From PVC group bacterium (GTDB lineage: Bacteria; Verrucomicrobiota; Kiritimatiellia; CAIKKV01): 64,000 bases of DNA. The stretch is from NCBI GenBank assembly GCA_945898015.1, contig CAMDGM010000009.1, positions 31,703-95,702 of the forward strand, in the 5' to 3' direction. The notes beneath the pieces were generated by a model that worked only from the letters and a program-made list of their open reading frames with translations, ran no database searches and was not told where the DNA came from. The position numbers and the translations under genes were made by a program. Below are positions 37,762-47,923 of the stretch, one piece after another. How positions within the stretch are numbered: the stretch's first letter is position 1; each line of letters begins with the position of its first letter.

Positions 37762-38255
37762 GGCGCAGGCTCCGGAATGGCTTTCGGATCCGGGTCGGCA
37801 GAGGCGTCCTGTTCGTTCACTGTGCGCAGAGGACGATCCAGATCCTTGCTGATCCGGTCCAGCACGCCGTTCACGAACTTGCCCGACACCCCTCCCGAGA
37901 AATCACGCGCGATATCCACCGCTTCGTTAATGGAGACCACCGGAGGAATGTCCGTTCGGAATTTCATTTCATAGATTGCAATGCGCAGAACGTTGCGGTC
38001 CACCCGCGACATCCGCTTGACTTCCCAATTGTCGGCCACCTTTTTAAGGGTGGCGTCCAGGGCCTCCATATGCTCGAGTACGCCCCAGATCAATTGCTCA
38101 GAAAAACCATGGCAATCCGGCGACACGGATTTCTCCTGAAGCGTCCAGAACTCATTCAACGTTTCCTGAATATCGGAGTGCTCGTATTCGATTTCAAAAA
38201 GGAACTGAAGCGCGTATTCCCGCGCCTCGCGTCTCATTTTCATGCGTTCATTCAT
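37758..38255 (-). CDS. nusB: Transcription antitermination factor NusB
   Basis: RREAREYALQFLF, DRNVLRIAIYE, VSINEAV, FVNGVLD. Confidence 0.96.
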   Translation of the reverse strand: MNERMKMRREAREYALQFLFEIEYEHSDIQETLNEFWTLQEKSVSPDCHGFSEQLIWGVLEHMEALDATLKKVADNWEVKRMSRVDRNVLRIAIYEMKFRTDIPPVVSINEAVDIARDFSGGVSGKFVNGVLDRISKDLDRPLRTVNEQDASADPDPKAIPEPAP

Positions 38256-38713
38256 AATTGCTTGAGAAGATTCGCCATTTCAATCGCAGCCTGAGCCGCC
38301 GTCCAGCCTTTGTTCCCGGCCTTTGTGCCGGCTCGCTCGACCGCCTGTTCAAGATTTTCCGCGGTGATGACACCGTTGATGACGGGCACTTTCGACTCCA
38401 ATCCGATCGTAATGAGGGACCTGGAAACCTGGGCGTTGATCATCTCCGCGTGGCGGGTGGCTCCTTGAATCACGCAACCCAGCACGATGACCGCGTGGAA
38501 TTTTCCGGATTGCGTCAGCTTTTGAGCCGCATAGGGGGTTTCGTTCGCGCCGGGCACCCAGACAACCGTGACGTTGTCGGTCTCCACCCCGTGCCGGATC
38601 AGGCAGTCGACCGCCCCGCCGAGGAGCTGTTTGGTGAGGAAATCATTGAACCGGCTGACCACAATACCAACCTTGATCCCGTTCCCGATGAGGGATGCCC
38701 CGATTTCTTTCAT
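38252..38713 (-). CDS. ribH: 6,7-dimethyl-8-ribityllumazine synthase
   Basis: IVVSRFN, WVPGA, GCVIQGAT, QAVERAG, NKG. Confidence 0.96.
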   Translation of the reverse strand: MKEIGASLIGNGIKVGIVVSRFNDFLTKQLLGGAVDCLIRHGVETDNVTVVWVPGANETPYAAQKLTQSGKFHAVIVLGCVIQGATRHAEMINAQVSRSLITIGLESKVPVINGVITAENLEQAVERAGTKAGNKGWTAAQAAIEMANLLKQL

Positions 38714-38746
38714 GACTTTGCTCCCGCGTGTTCGTGTTTGTCTGGT

Positions 38747-39985
38747 TTAGAGTAAATGACCCATTTTGTCTTTTTTCGTCTGAAGGTACCGGTGGCTATG
38801 TTCGCTCGACGGGGTGACAATCGGCACACGTTCTGCGATTTCAAGGCCATACCCCTCAAGCCCCACCACCTTGCGCGGATTGTTTGTAATCAGCCGAATC
38901 CGCCGCAAGCCGAGATCCGCCAGAATTTGGGCACCGATTCCATAATCCCTCAAATCCGCGGCAAACCCAAGCCGTTCATTGGCCTCAACCGTGTCCAATC
39001 CCTGGTTTTGCTGAAGCGCATAGGCATGGATTTTATTGGCGAGCCCGATCCCCCGCCCTTCCTGGCGCATATACAGGATGACTCCGGCGCCTTCCTTCGC
39101 CACCATCGCCATGGCGTGATGTAATTGGTCGCCGCAATCGCACCGTTGGGAGCCAAACACATCGCCGGTCAGGCATTCGCTATGGACGCGGACCAGGGGG
39201 CACTCAAAGGAAGTCGAATCCCCCATGATCAGCGCAAGGTGGTGATCGCCGTCAAGAATGGAACGGTACAGCTTGAGCGTGAAGAGCCCGTGCAGGGTGG
39301 GCAGCTGGATCGTTTCGACTTTTTCAATCAGTTTTTCACGTTGCTGGCGCCAGGCGATCAACTGGCGGACCGAGGTCATCTTGAGGTTGTGTTTTTTTGC
39401 AAAAACGCGGAGTTCGGCGAAGCGCGCCATCTGTCCGTCTTCCCGGAGAATCTCGCAAATAACGCCCGCCGGCTTAAGCCCTGCCAGTCGAGCGAGGTCG
39501 ACCGCCGCTTCCGTGTGTCCAGCCCGGCGCAAGACGCCGCCTTCCCGTGCCTGCAGGGGGAACGTATGACCCGGGCTTAGAAAGTCACGCCGTGTGTTGG
39601 ATTCATCAAGCAGGGCCTGGATGGTGCGGGCCCGGTCAGGCGCGCTGATTCCGGTCGTGGTTCCATGCTTGACGTCCACCGTTTCCATAAAGGCGGTTCC
39701 GTGCGTGTCCCCATCGCCCGTCCGGGGCATGGGGCCGATTTGAAGTTGTGCCAGCCTGTCGTGGGTCATGGCCGCACAGATCAGCCCCCGGCCATGGGTA
39801 ACCATGAAGTTGATCGCGGAATCGGTGACGCGCTCAGCGGCCATGACAAGATCCCCCTCGTTTTCACGGGTCTCATCATCGGTGACAATCACCATCTCGC
39901 CTTTGCGGATCGCCCCCAGGACCACGTCAATTCCATCCAGCTCAGACGGACTGGCCGGCGATTCCCTGTTATTGCTTTCTGTCAT
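38747..39985 (-). CDS. ribBA: Bifunctional DHBP synthase / GTP cyclohydrolase II
   Basis: [54 protein letters not shown]. Confidence 0.97.
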   Translation of the reverse strand: MTESNNRESPASPSELDGIDVVLGAIRKGEMVIVTDDETRENEGDLVMAAERVTDSAINFMVTHGRGLICAAMTHDRLAQLQIGPMPRTGDGDTHGTAFMETVDVKHGTTTGISAPDRARTIQALLDESNTRRDFLSPGHTFPLQAREGGVLRRAGHTEAAVDLARLAGLKPAGVICEILREDGQMARFAELRVFAKKHNLKMTSVRQLIAWRQQREKLIEKVETIQLPTLHGLFTLKLYRSILDGDHHLALIMGDSTSFECPLVRVHSECLTGDVFGSQRCDCGDQLHHAMAMVAKEGAGVILYMRQEGRGIGLANKIHAYALQQNQGLDTVEANERLGFAADLRDYGIGAQILADLGLRRIRLITNNPRKVVGLEGYGLEIAERVPIVTPSSEHSHRYLQTKKDKMGHLL

Positions 39986-39993
39986 AGTGCCTC

Positions 39994-40028
39994 AAAAAAA
40001 ACGCCCGAAGACAATAATGTCTCCGGGC
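39994..40028 (-). terminator. Intrinsic terminator (expression platform of the FMN riboswitch)
   Basis: GCCCGGAGACA-TTAT-TGTCTTCGGGC hairpin followed by G and T8, just upstream of the ribBA ATG. Confidence 0.85.
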
Positions 40029-40064
40029 ACAACGGGTCGAAGTCGCGTTGCCGCAAGATCGGTT

Positions 40065-40199
40065 GCTTCTCCCATCCAGACTATACTGTCGGCTCCGGAG
40101 CTTCACCGGATCTGTCCCGTCATTCGGCAGGACTCGCGGGCTTTACCGCCGGTCAGGACTTTCCGCCGATGGCGGCAGATCACCTGAATCCCGAAGACA
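40065..40199 (-). promoter_or_regulatory. FMN (RFN) riboswitch aptamer
   Basis: ACCGGCGGTAAAGCCCGCGAG, AGATCCGGTGAAGCTCCGGAGCCGACAGTATAGTCTGGATGGGAGAAG; upstream of rib genes. Confidence 0.95.
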
Positions 40200-40288
40200 T
40201 GTCTCTTGCGTTTCTGCCCCCTATTTCATATCTTATTGGCCGTCGAGGCAAGCTAAAAAACAAACTCATTCGAGAAAGGACCTTCCTC

Positions 40289-41773
40289 ATGAATCCTTTG
40301 AAAAACACGCCTGTGGTCAAGCTCGGCGTGGTGGGCGTAAGCCGGGACTGCTTCCCGATCGAATTGACTCGGAAACGTCTGCAGGAGGTGGTCGAGCAGT
40401 GCCGCAAGTTGAAATTGCCGGTCATTCCCGCTAAAACCATCATTGAAACGGAACGGGACGCTCTGGCCGCCGCCGGGGAATTGCGCGATCAAGGCGTCAA
40501 CGCCGTCGCCATCTACCTCGGCAATTTCGGGCCCGAAGGACCGACCACGATTTTCGCGCAGAAACTGGGTGTGCCTTTCATGTTGTGCGCGGCGGCGGAG
40601 GAAAGCCGAAAAACGCTGATCGACGGACGCGGCGACGCCTATTGCGGCATGTTAAACGCGTCTATTAACTGCGGCCTCCGCAAACTCGTTCCTCATATTC
40701 CTCAAATGCCCGTGGGGCTTCCGCGTGAAGTCGCCCGCATGATTGCGCATTTCGTGGACGTGGCCCGCGTCGTGATCGGCGTGCAGAACCTCAAGACGTT
40801 CTCATTTGGTCCCCGCCCTCATGATTTTTACGCCTGCAATGCCCCGATCAAGCCTCTCTACGACCTGGGCATTGAGGTCATGGAAAACTCCGAACTCGAC
40901 ATGTTCGAACTCTATCGTTCCATGGCGGACCGGAAAAAGGACATTGAGGCCATTGCCGCGGATATGGCAAAGGAGCTGGGAGCGGGTAATAAAATGCCCC
41001 AGAAATTGCTCCAGCTCGCTCAGTTTGAGCTGGCGCTGACCAAGTTTTTCGAGGAAAACCTCGGCTCCCGCCAATTCGGCATTTACGCGAATAAGTGCTG
41101 GCCCGCTTTTGAAAAAGCCTTTGGCTTTGTCCCCTGTTATGTCAACAGCCGTCTCGTGGCCCGTGGCATTCCGGCCGCCTGCGAGGTGGACATCTATGGC
41201 GGCGTGTCGGAATACATGGCCCAGCTGGCGTCCATGCACCCGGTGACGCTGCTGGACATCAACAACACGGTTCCTGATGACATCAAGATCAAGAACCTGC
41301 ACGGCGCCAGCCGCGAGGACCTGTTCATGGGGTTCCACTGCGGGAATACACCGGCCTGCTGTTTGTGCGAGGGCGCCTGCATGAAGTTCCAGCTGATCAT
41401 GCATCGGCTCATGGAGCCGGGCCGCGAGGCGAATATCACCTGCGGCACGCTTGAGGGAACGCTCAAGCCCGGTCCCACCACGGTGTTCCGCCTTCAGAGC
41501 ACGGCCGACTGCCACCTGCAGTCCTACATCTCAGAAGGTCATATCCTGGACGCGGATCCCGCCTCTTTCGGCGGCATCGGCGTGTTTGGCATGCCCGGGT
41601 TCGCGCGCTTCTACCGCCACGTGCTCATCGAAAAACAGTACCCTCACCATGCCGCCATCGCGTTCAAGCATGCGGGCCGGACCTTATTTGACGCGCTCGC
41701 CATGCTGGGCGTTTCGGACGTGTCCACCCCTCGGGCGGCCGGCAACCTCTATCCCAGCGAAAACCCCTTCTAA
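40289..41773 (+). CDS. L-fucose/L-arabinose isomerase-family protein
   Basis: VSRDCFP, YLGNFGPE, RGDAYCG, NKCWP, CEVDIYG, FHCGN, YPHH; true start ATG 40289 (the track's 39665 start is spurious). Confidence 0.85.
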   Translation: MNPLKNTPVVKLGVVGVSRDCFPIELTRKRLQEVVEQCRKLKLPVIPAKTIIETERDALAAAGELRDQGVNAVAIYLGNFGPEGPTTIFAQKLGVPFMLCAAAEESRKTLIDGRGDAYCGMLNASINCGLRKLVPHIPQMPVGLPREVARMIAHFVDVARVVIGVQNLKTFSFGPRPHDFYACNAPIKPLYDLGIEVMENSELDMFELYRSMADRKKDIEAIAADMAKELGAGNKMPQKLLQLAQFELALTKFFEENLGSRQFGIYANKCWPAFEKAFGFVPCYVNSRLVARGIPAACEVDIYGGVSEYMAQLASMHPVTLLDINNTVPDDIKIKNLHGASREDLFMGFHCGNTPACCLCEGACMKFQLIMHRLMEPGREANITCGTLEGTLKPGPTTVFRLQSTADCHLQSYISEGHILDADPASFGGIGVFGMPGFARFYRHVLIEKQYPHHAAIAFKHAGRTLFDALAMLGVSDVSTPRAAGNLYPSENPF

Positions 41774-41790
41774 ACGAGGACATGATCTCC

Positions 41791-43500
41791 ATGGCAAAGC
41801 AAAAACGATACGCATTGGGCTTGGACTACGGCACCAATTCCTGCCGCAGCCTGATCGTGAACCTGGCGGACGGATCCGAAGTCGCCACCGCCGTGTTCCC
41901 CTACCCCACCGGCGAGGCCGGCATCGTGCTCGACCCGCGCGATCCCAACCTGGCGCGCCAGAACCCCCAGGATTATATCGACGGATTCATCGCCGTAACC
42001 CGCAAGGCGCTCGAACTGGCCAAAAAGAATCGCCCCGGATTCGATCCCGCCGCCATTGTCGGCATCGGGGTGGATACCACCGGCAGCACGCCCATGCCTG
42101 TGGACGCGGAGGGAACCCCCCTCTGCATGACTGCCCGGTTCAAAAACCGGCCCGCGGCCATGGCCTGGCTGTGGAAGGACCACACCTCCTTCGCCGAAGC
42201 CGCGGCCATCACTCAGAAGGCCGCCAAGCTCCGTCCCCAGTACCTGGCCAAATGCGGCGGCACCTACTCCTCCGAGTGGTTCTGGAGCAAGGTGCTGCAT
42301 TGCAAGAAAGAGGACCCCGCCGTTTTCAAGGCGGCCGCCAGTTTTGTGGAAATCTGCGACTGGATCCCCGCCGTGCTGGCGGGCGATACCCGGCCCGACC
42401 GCCTCATTCGCGGCGTCTGCGCGGCCGGCCACAAGGCCATGTATTGCGAAGAATGGGGCGGATTGCCGGACAAGAAATTCCTGGCCACCCTCGATCCGGA
42501 CCTGGCGGCCTTGCGTGACCGCCTATTCGACAAGGCCGTTCCCTCTAACCGTCTGGCCGGCCGATTGAGCCCGAAGTGGGCTGCCAAGCTGGGCCTCAAA
42601 CCCGGAATCGCCATTGCCGCCGGGGCGTTCGACGCCCATATGGGCGGCGTGGGGTGCGGGATCAAGGTCGGCACGCTGGCCAAGATTCTCGGGACCAGCA
42701 CCTGCGATATGATGGTCTGGCCGGCCACGAATACACTGGCCGACATTCCCGGTGTCTGCGGGATCGTGAAGGGTTCGATTCTACCCGGTGCTTACGGCAT
42801 AGAAGCCGGGCAATCGGCGGTGGGCGACATCTTCCTCTGGTTCGTCAACCACCTGGTGCCGGACTCCTACGGAAAGACGGTGGACGAAAAGTTCCAACGG
42901 CTGAACGAACTGGCGTCCAAACAGAAGGCCGGTGAATCGGGGCTTCTGGCGCTGGACTGGAACAACGGCAACCGCACCATTCTCGTGGATGTGCGACTGA
43001 GCGGCCTTCTGCTCGGCCAGACCCTGCACACCGAGGCGCATGAGATCTATCGCGCTTTGATCGAGGCCACCGCGTTCGGCGCGCTGACCATCATCAAGCG
43101 CATCGAGGAGTTCAAGGTGCCGGTCCGCGAAATCGTGAACTGCGGCGGCCTGGCCGGCAAGAGCCCGCTGCTGATGCAAATCTATGCGGATGTGACGGGG
43201 CGGCCCATGATGGTGTCGCGCAGCGATCAGACTTGCGCGCTGGGCGCCGCGATCTTCGGCGCCGTGGCCGCCGGAAAGGCCGCCAGCGGCTTCCGGAGCG
43301 TGGAGCAGGCCCAGAAGGCCATGTGCGGCGTGCGCAAGCATATCTACCGGCCGAATCCTAAGAACCAGGCCGTCTACGCAAAGCTATACCCCCTGTATCG
43401 CCGTCTGCATGATTCGTTCGGCATGACTGCCGATGCGGGAGGCCTCCAGGACGTCATGAAGGACCTGATCGCCATCCGCGAGGCGCAACGCAAAGGCTGA
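41791..43500 (+). CDS. araB: Ribulokinase
   Basis: LGLDYGTNS, DTTGSTP, LWKDHT, YSSEWFWSK, FDAHMG, EAGQSAVGDIF, LDWNNGNRT. Confidence 0.93.
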   Translation: MAKQKRYALGLDYGTNSCRSLIVNLADGSEVATAVFPYPTGEAGIVLDPRDPNLARQNPQDYIDGFIAVTRKALELAKKNRPGFDPAAIVGIGVDTTGSTPMPVDAEGTPLCMTARFKNRPAAMAWLWKDHTSFAEAAAITQKAAKLRPQYLAKCGGTYSSEWFWSKVLHCKKEDPAVFKAAASFVEICDWIPAVLAGDTRPDRLIRGVCAAGHKAMYCEEWGGLPDKKFLATLDPDLAALRDRLFDKAVPSNRLAGRLSPKWAAKLGLKPGIAIAAGAFDAHMGGVGCGIKVGTLAKILGTSTCDMMVWPATNTLADIPGVCGIVKGSILPGAYGIEAGQSAVGDIFLWFVNHLVPDSYGKTVDEKFQRLNELASKQKAGESGLLALDWNNGNRTILVDVRLSGLLLGQTLHTEAHEIYRALIEATAFGALTIIKRIEEFKVPVREIVNCGGLAGKSPLLMQIYADVTGRPMMVSRSDQTCALGAAIFGAVAAGKAASGFRSVEQAQKAMCGVRKHIYRPNPKNQAVYAKLYPLYRRLHDSFGMTADAGGLQDVMKDLIAIREAQRKG

Positions 43501-43521
43501 GGATCAGCCGGAAGGGCCGTC

Positions 43522-44217
43522 ATGCTGGACGAACTCAAAGTCGCCGTGTGCGAGGCCAATCTCGAACTGGCCCGGCTCAAGCTGGTGGCCCTGACGTGGG
43601 GGAACACCAGCGGCGTGGACCGCGCCAAGGGCGTGTTTGTGATCAAGCCCAGCGGCGTGCCCTACGAGACACTGAAGCCCGCCGACATGGTGGTGGTGAG
43701 CCTGGAGGACGGGCGCACGGTGGAAGGCAAACTACGCCCCTCGTCCGACACGCCCACGCACCTTCAGCTGTACCGGGCGTTCACCGCGATCGGGGGCATC
43801 ACACATACGCATAGCTCGTATGCCACCATGTTCGCTCAGGCGGGTCGGGCCATCCCCTGCCTTGGCACCACGCATGCCGATACCTTTCATGGCGAGGTGC
43901 CCGTTACCCGGATCCTGAAGCCCGGCGAAGTGGAATCGGATTACGAGGGGAACACCGGCGTGGTGATCGTGGAGCGATTCAAGGGTCTGGATCCCGTGGC
44001 CGTGCCGGCTGTCCTGGTGGCCGGGCATGCCCCGTTCGCGTGGGGGAAAAACGCCATGGACTCCGTCCATCACAGCCTGATTCTGGAGGAAGTCGCCAAA
44101 ATGGCGCTGGGCACATTCCAACTCAATCCGAAGGCCGCCCCTCCCCCGGAATACGTCATCCGCAAGCATTACATGCGAAAGCACGGGCCGAATGCCACCT
44201 ATGGGCAGGGATGCTAG
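43522..44217 (+). CDS. araD: L-ribulose-5-phosphate 4-epimerase
   Basis: TWGNTS, IKPSGV, PSSDTPTH, HTHS, GTTHAD, HYMRKHGPNATYGQ. Confidence 0.95.
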   Translation: MLDELKVAVCEANLELARLKLVALTWGNTSGVDRAKGVFVIKPSGVPYETLKPADMVVVSLEDGRTVEGKLRPSSDTPTHLQLYRAFTAIGGITHTHSSYATMFAQAGRAIPCLGTTHADTFHGEVPVTRILKPGEVESDYEGNTGVVIVERFKGLDPVAVPAVLVAGHAPFAWGKNAMDSVHHSLILEEVAKMALGTFQLNPKAAPPPEYVIRKHYMRKHGPNATYGQGC

Positions 44218-44262
44218 CACGATAAAACTCGAGATGCCGCAATCCATCACCCGTTAACGCTA

Positions 44263-45324
44263 TCAGTCCCGATCCATCTTCTTCAGCGCCGACTTGACGA
44301 AACGCCCGAAGACCTTGTCTTTCTTTCGTTTGTCGACATAGGACCGGGCGTGGTGGTCGGATTCCTTCTTGAGCTTGATGAAGCTGCGATAGCGCTCCTC
44401 GCCCAACTCGCCGTTTGCCACCGCGGCCAGGATCGCACAGCCTGGCTCCTTGACGTGATGGCAGTCGGCATAGCGACAGTTGGCTGAAAGAAGGCGAATG
44501 TCTTCAAAGCTCTGATCCACCCCGTCGGTGGCGCCCAGCAGGCCTAACTCCTTCATTCCCGGGGAATCAATCAGCATGCCGCCCGGCTCAAGGACAATCA
44601 GGTGCCGTCGTGACGTGGTGTGGGTGCCTTCACCCGTTTCACTTACGGGATTCACGCTAAAAAAATCGCCCCCGAGCAGCCTGTTGAGGAGCGTTGTCTT
44701 GCCGACTCCCGAGGAGCCCAGCAGGCAGTAGGTCTTTCCCGGCATCAGCACCTTCTTGAATTCGTCAAAGCCGACCCCCGTGACGTTGCTGAGCGCCAGA
44801 ACGCGGGACGTGATTCCGCTTTCGTGGATAGCCGCCAGCATCTCTTCCAGTTCATCGGGAGCCATCAAGTCGGTCTTGGTCAGGACAAGGATCGGCTCAA
44901 TATGCCCGTCATGAACGGCTGCGATATAGCGCTCAAGCCGGCGCAAGTTGAAGTCAAAGTGGCAGGACTGCACAATGAAGGCCGCGTCGATATTGGCGGC
45001 GATCATTTGAAAATCGACGTCCTTGCCCGCGCATTTGCGGCGCAAGACCGTCTTTCGAGGGAATACCCCATGGATGATGGCCGACGCTTCGGCGTTGTGG
45101 TAATGCATCGTGACCCAATCTCCGACGCACGGCAAGTCCATGGGGCTCCGATGATCGAAGCGGAATTTCCCGGACAGTTCAGCCAGGATTTCCCGGCTCT
45201 CCGTTCGGAGGAGATACCCGCCCCGGTCCACCGTGGTCACCCGGGCAATGTGCCGCCCCGGTTGAGGCACGCTCCCGGCTTGTGCTTCAAACCACGAATC
45301 AAAGCCTAGTTCGCTTAAATGCAT
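44263..45324 (-). CDS. rsgA: Ribosome small subunit-dependent GTPase A
   Basis: VGDWV, AANID, TKTD, GSSGVGKTT, GTHTT, DSPG, CRYADCHHVKEPGC. Confidence 0.94.
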   Translation of the reverse strand: MHLSELGFDSWFEAQAGSVPQPGRHIARVTTVDRGGYLLRTESREILAELSGKFRFDHRSPMDLPCVGDWVTMHYHNAEASAIIHGVFPRKTVLRRKCAGKDVDFQMIAANIDAAFIVQSCHFDFNLRRLERYIAAVHDGHIEPILVLTKTDLMAPDELEEMLAAIHESGITSRVLALSNVTGVGFDEFKKVLMPGKTYCLLGSSGVGKTTLLNRLLGGDFFSVNPVSETGEGTHTTSRRHLIVLEPGGMLIDSPGMKELGLLGATDGVDQSFEDIRLLSANCRYADCHHVKEPGCAILAAVANGELGEERYRSFIKLKKESDHHARSYVDKRKKDKVFGRFVKSALKKMDRD

Positions 45325-45357
45325 ATTTCCTTTTCGCTGAACGGGCGCGACCCCGCG

Positions 45358-45864
45358 CTACATCTCATATAGGGTTTTGTCATGGGTGGGGGCCGCACGA
45401 TTTTTCCCGGGCAGCTTCCGTGTCTCGCCTGGCGCCAGAGGATCTTCCGCCTCCAGCCGGTCGCCCATTTCGGCTTCCACCGTTTCGGGGTCTTCGCCCG
45501 CCTCCAGCCGGCGGATCGCCTCTTCCATCCCCTCGCCCATCTTCATGCCGGTAGCGGCCGTGAACTTCCGCATCAGGTTGGCGGCCTGGCGCGGATCGGC
45601 GTCATCCATCCCGGCCGCCTCTTCCGCAAGCGATTCCATCGCCTTTCCCATCCGGGCCTCGTCAAGGTCGGGCCCGCCCATCCCGGCTTCGGCCCCCGCA
45701 GGCCCCTCCTTGTGCCGGCCTATGGACGCAAAGGCCGAAACCTCTCGCGACAGCTTGATCTTTTTACACCGCGGGCACACCGGCTGACCGGCCGTATTGA
45801 TCCGCCGTGAAAAGAAGCTGAAGATCCTGTGGCAGGATTTGCAGTAGAATTCGTAGATGGGCAT
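45358..45864 (-). CDS. FmdB-family zinc-ribbon protein
   Basis: MPIYEFYCKSC...CPRC; C-terminal RLEAGEDPE. Confidence 0.88.
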   Translation of the reverse strand: MPIYEFYCKSCHRIFSFFSRRINTAGQPVCPRCKKIKLSREVSAFASIGRHKEGPAGAEAGMGGPDLDEARMGKAMESLAEEAAGMDDADPRQAANLMRKFTAATGMKMGEGMEEAIRRLEAGEDPETVEAEMGDRLEAEDPLAPGETRKLPGKNRAAPTHDKTLYEM

Positions 45865-45879
45865 GCTCTTTTCTCCACG

Positions 45880-47910
45880 TCACCTGAATTTTTTCAAAAA
45901 AGGTTTTGACCGCTTCTTCTTCAGGGTGGCCGGCAATTCGAGGCCGGCGGCTTCCATCAGCTCTGTCAGCTGATCGCGCAGCATCCCGGCGCGCTCAAAC
46001 GCCAGCGACTCCGCCGCCGCCAGCATCTCGCGCTTGAGCTCCTCCGCGACCTGGTGAACGTCGTAGGATTCGCCCGCTTCCTTGAGCACGTTTTCCTCGA
46101 TCTCCCCGGCCTTTTTCTCGATCGCCAGGTTGTCCTCGATCTCCTTGACCACGGTCATGGGCGTGATCCCGTGGCGCTCATTATACGCCAGTTGACTGAT
46201 CCGGCGAGAGGTCGTCACGTCCATCATTCGCTTCATCGAGTCGGTGACCCGGTCAGCATACAGGATCACTTTCCCATCCACATTTCGTGCCGCCCGTCCT
46301 GCTGTTTGGATCAGCGAGGTGTCCGACCGCAGAAAGCCCTCCTTGTCCGCATCCAGCACCGCCACCAGCGACACCTCCGGAAGGTCCAGCCCCTCGCGAA
46401 GCAGGTTCACGCCCACCAGGCAGTCGAAATCGTGAAGCCGCAGGTGCCGGAGAATCTGAACCCGGTCCAGCGCCGTGATGTCGGAGTGCAGGTATTGGAC
46501 GCGCAGGCCGGACTCGTTGAGATAGCGGGTGAGATCCTCGGCGGTCTTCTTGGTCAGCGTCGTCACCAGCACCCGCTCCTTGCGTTCGGCATGCTTTTTG
46601 ACCTCTTCCATCAGGTCGTCGATCTGCCCCGTGAGGGGCCTCACCATCACGGGCGGATCGAGCAAACCCGTGGGCCGGATCAACTGCGGCACCGATTTCG
46701 GCGCCATCTGGTGTTCGAAGGGGCCGGGCGTGGCCGACACGAACAACACCTGCCGGACTTTGTTGAGGAATTCGTCGAAATTAAAAGGGCGATTATCACG
46801 TGCCGAAGGCAGTCGGAACCCGTATTCAATCAGCCTGTTTTTCCGGGCCTGATCCCCGTTGTACATGGCGCGCAGCTGGGGCATGGACACATGCGATTCA
46901 TCAATAATGGTCAGGAAGTCGTCCGGGAAATAATGCATGAGCGTTTCGGGCGGTTCTCCGGCCTTGCGCCCGCTCAGGTGCCGGGAATAATTCTCGATGC
47001 CGCTGCAATAGCCCACCGCCTTGAGTGTCTCCAGATCGTAGAGCGTCCGCTGCTTGATCCGCTGGGCCTCCAGCAACTTGTTCTGCGATTCAAACTCGCG
47101 GATGCGCTCGTCCAGTTCGGCCCGGATCCTGTCCATGGCCTTCTCGATCTTGTCCTGCGGCATCACAAAGTGGTTGGCCGGCGAGACGACAACCCCCGGA
47201 AGCTCGGCGATGGCGTTGCCCGTCAGGGGGTCGATTTCCGTGATCTTTTCAACCACATCACCGAAAAAGACGATTCGGAATCCGTTTACATGATAAGAGG
47301 GGAAAACGTCCAGCACATCGCCGTGACATCGGAATGTGCCGGGCTCAACGGCGTAATCGTTTCGCGTATACTGGATGTCCACGAGCTTCCGCAGCACCTC
47401 GTCGCGGTCGGCCGTTTCATCCTTGCGGAGCCGCACCACCATGGTCCGGTAATCCTCCGGCGAACCCAGCCCGTAGATGCAGGAGACCGAGGCCACAACA
47501 ATCACGTCCTCGCGTGACAAAAGCGAATTGGTGGCGGCCAGGCGAAGCCGCTCGATCTGTTTGTTGATCGAGGAATCCTTTTCGATGTAGGTATCGGTCT
47601 GCGGGATATAGGCTTCGGGCTGATAGTAATCGTAATAACTGATGAAAAACTCCACCGCATTGTGCGGAAAAAAGCCCTTCAGCTCCCCGTACAGCTGGGC
47701 GGCCAGCGTCTTGTTGTGGGAAATCACCAGGGTGGGTTTGTTCAGTGATGCGATTACATTGGCCATGGTGAAGGTCTTGCCGGACCCGGTCACGCCTTCC
47801 AAGGTCTGGAATCGAGAGCCGTTCTCATACTCACGGCAGAGGGTGGCAATAGCCGTCGGCTGGTCGCCGGTCGGCTGGTAGGGGGAAACAAGGGTGAACA
47901 ATCGGCTCAT
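45880..47910 (-). CDS. uvrB: Excinuclease ABC subunit B
   Basis: GVTGSGKT, HNKTLAAQL, YYDYYQPEAY, DESH, LLREGLD, GRAARN. Confidence 0.98.
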   Translation of the reverse strand: MSRLFTLVSPYQPTGDQPTAIATLCREYENGSRFQTLEGVTGSGKTFTMANVIASLNKPTLVISHNKTLAAQLYGELKGFFPHNAVEFFISYYDYYQPEAYIPQTDTYIEKDSSINKQIERLRLAATNSLLSREDVIVVASVSCIYGLGSPEDYRTMVVRLRKDETADRDEVLRKLVDIQYTRNDYAVEPGTFRCHGDVLDVFPSYHVNGFRIVFFGDVVEKITEIDPLTGNAIAELPGVVVSPANHFVMPQDKIEKAMDRIRAELDERIREFESQNKLLEAQRIKQRTLYDLETLKAVGYCSGIENYSRHLSGRKAGEPPETLMHYFPDDFLTIIDESHVSMPQLRAMYNGDQARKNRLIEYGFRLPSARDNRPFNFDEFLNKVRQVLFVSATPGPFEHQMAPKSVPQLIRPTGLLDPPVMVRPLTGQIDDLMEEVKKHAERKERVLVTTLTKKTAEDLTRYLNESGLRVQYLHSDITALDRVQILRHLRLHDFDCLVGVNLLREGLDLPEVSLVAVLDADKEGFLRSDTSLIQTAGRAARNVDGKVILYADRVTDSMKRMMDVTTSRRISQLAYNERHGITPMTVVKEIEDNLAIEKKAGEIEENVLKEAGESYDVHQVAEELKREMLAAAESLAFERAGMLRDQLTELMEAAGLELPATLKKKRSKPFLKKFR

Positions 47911-47923
47911 AGGTGGGGTGGGC

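Noticed and set aside
39665-40288. 208-aa N-terminal extension of the isomerase ORF (702 aa in the track)
   Set aside because: It is antisense to ribBA and crosses the FMN riboswitch; family similarity begins at ATG 40289
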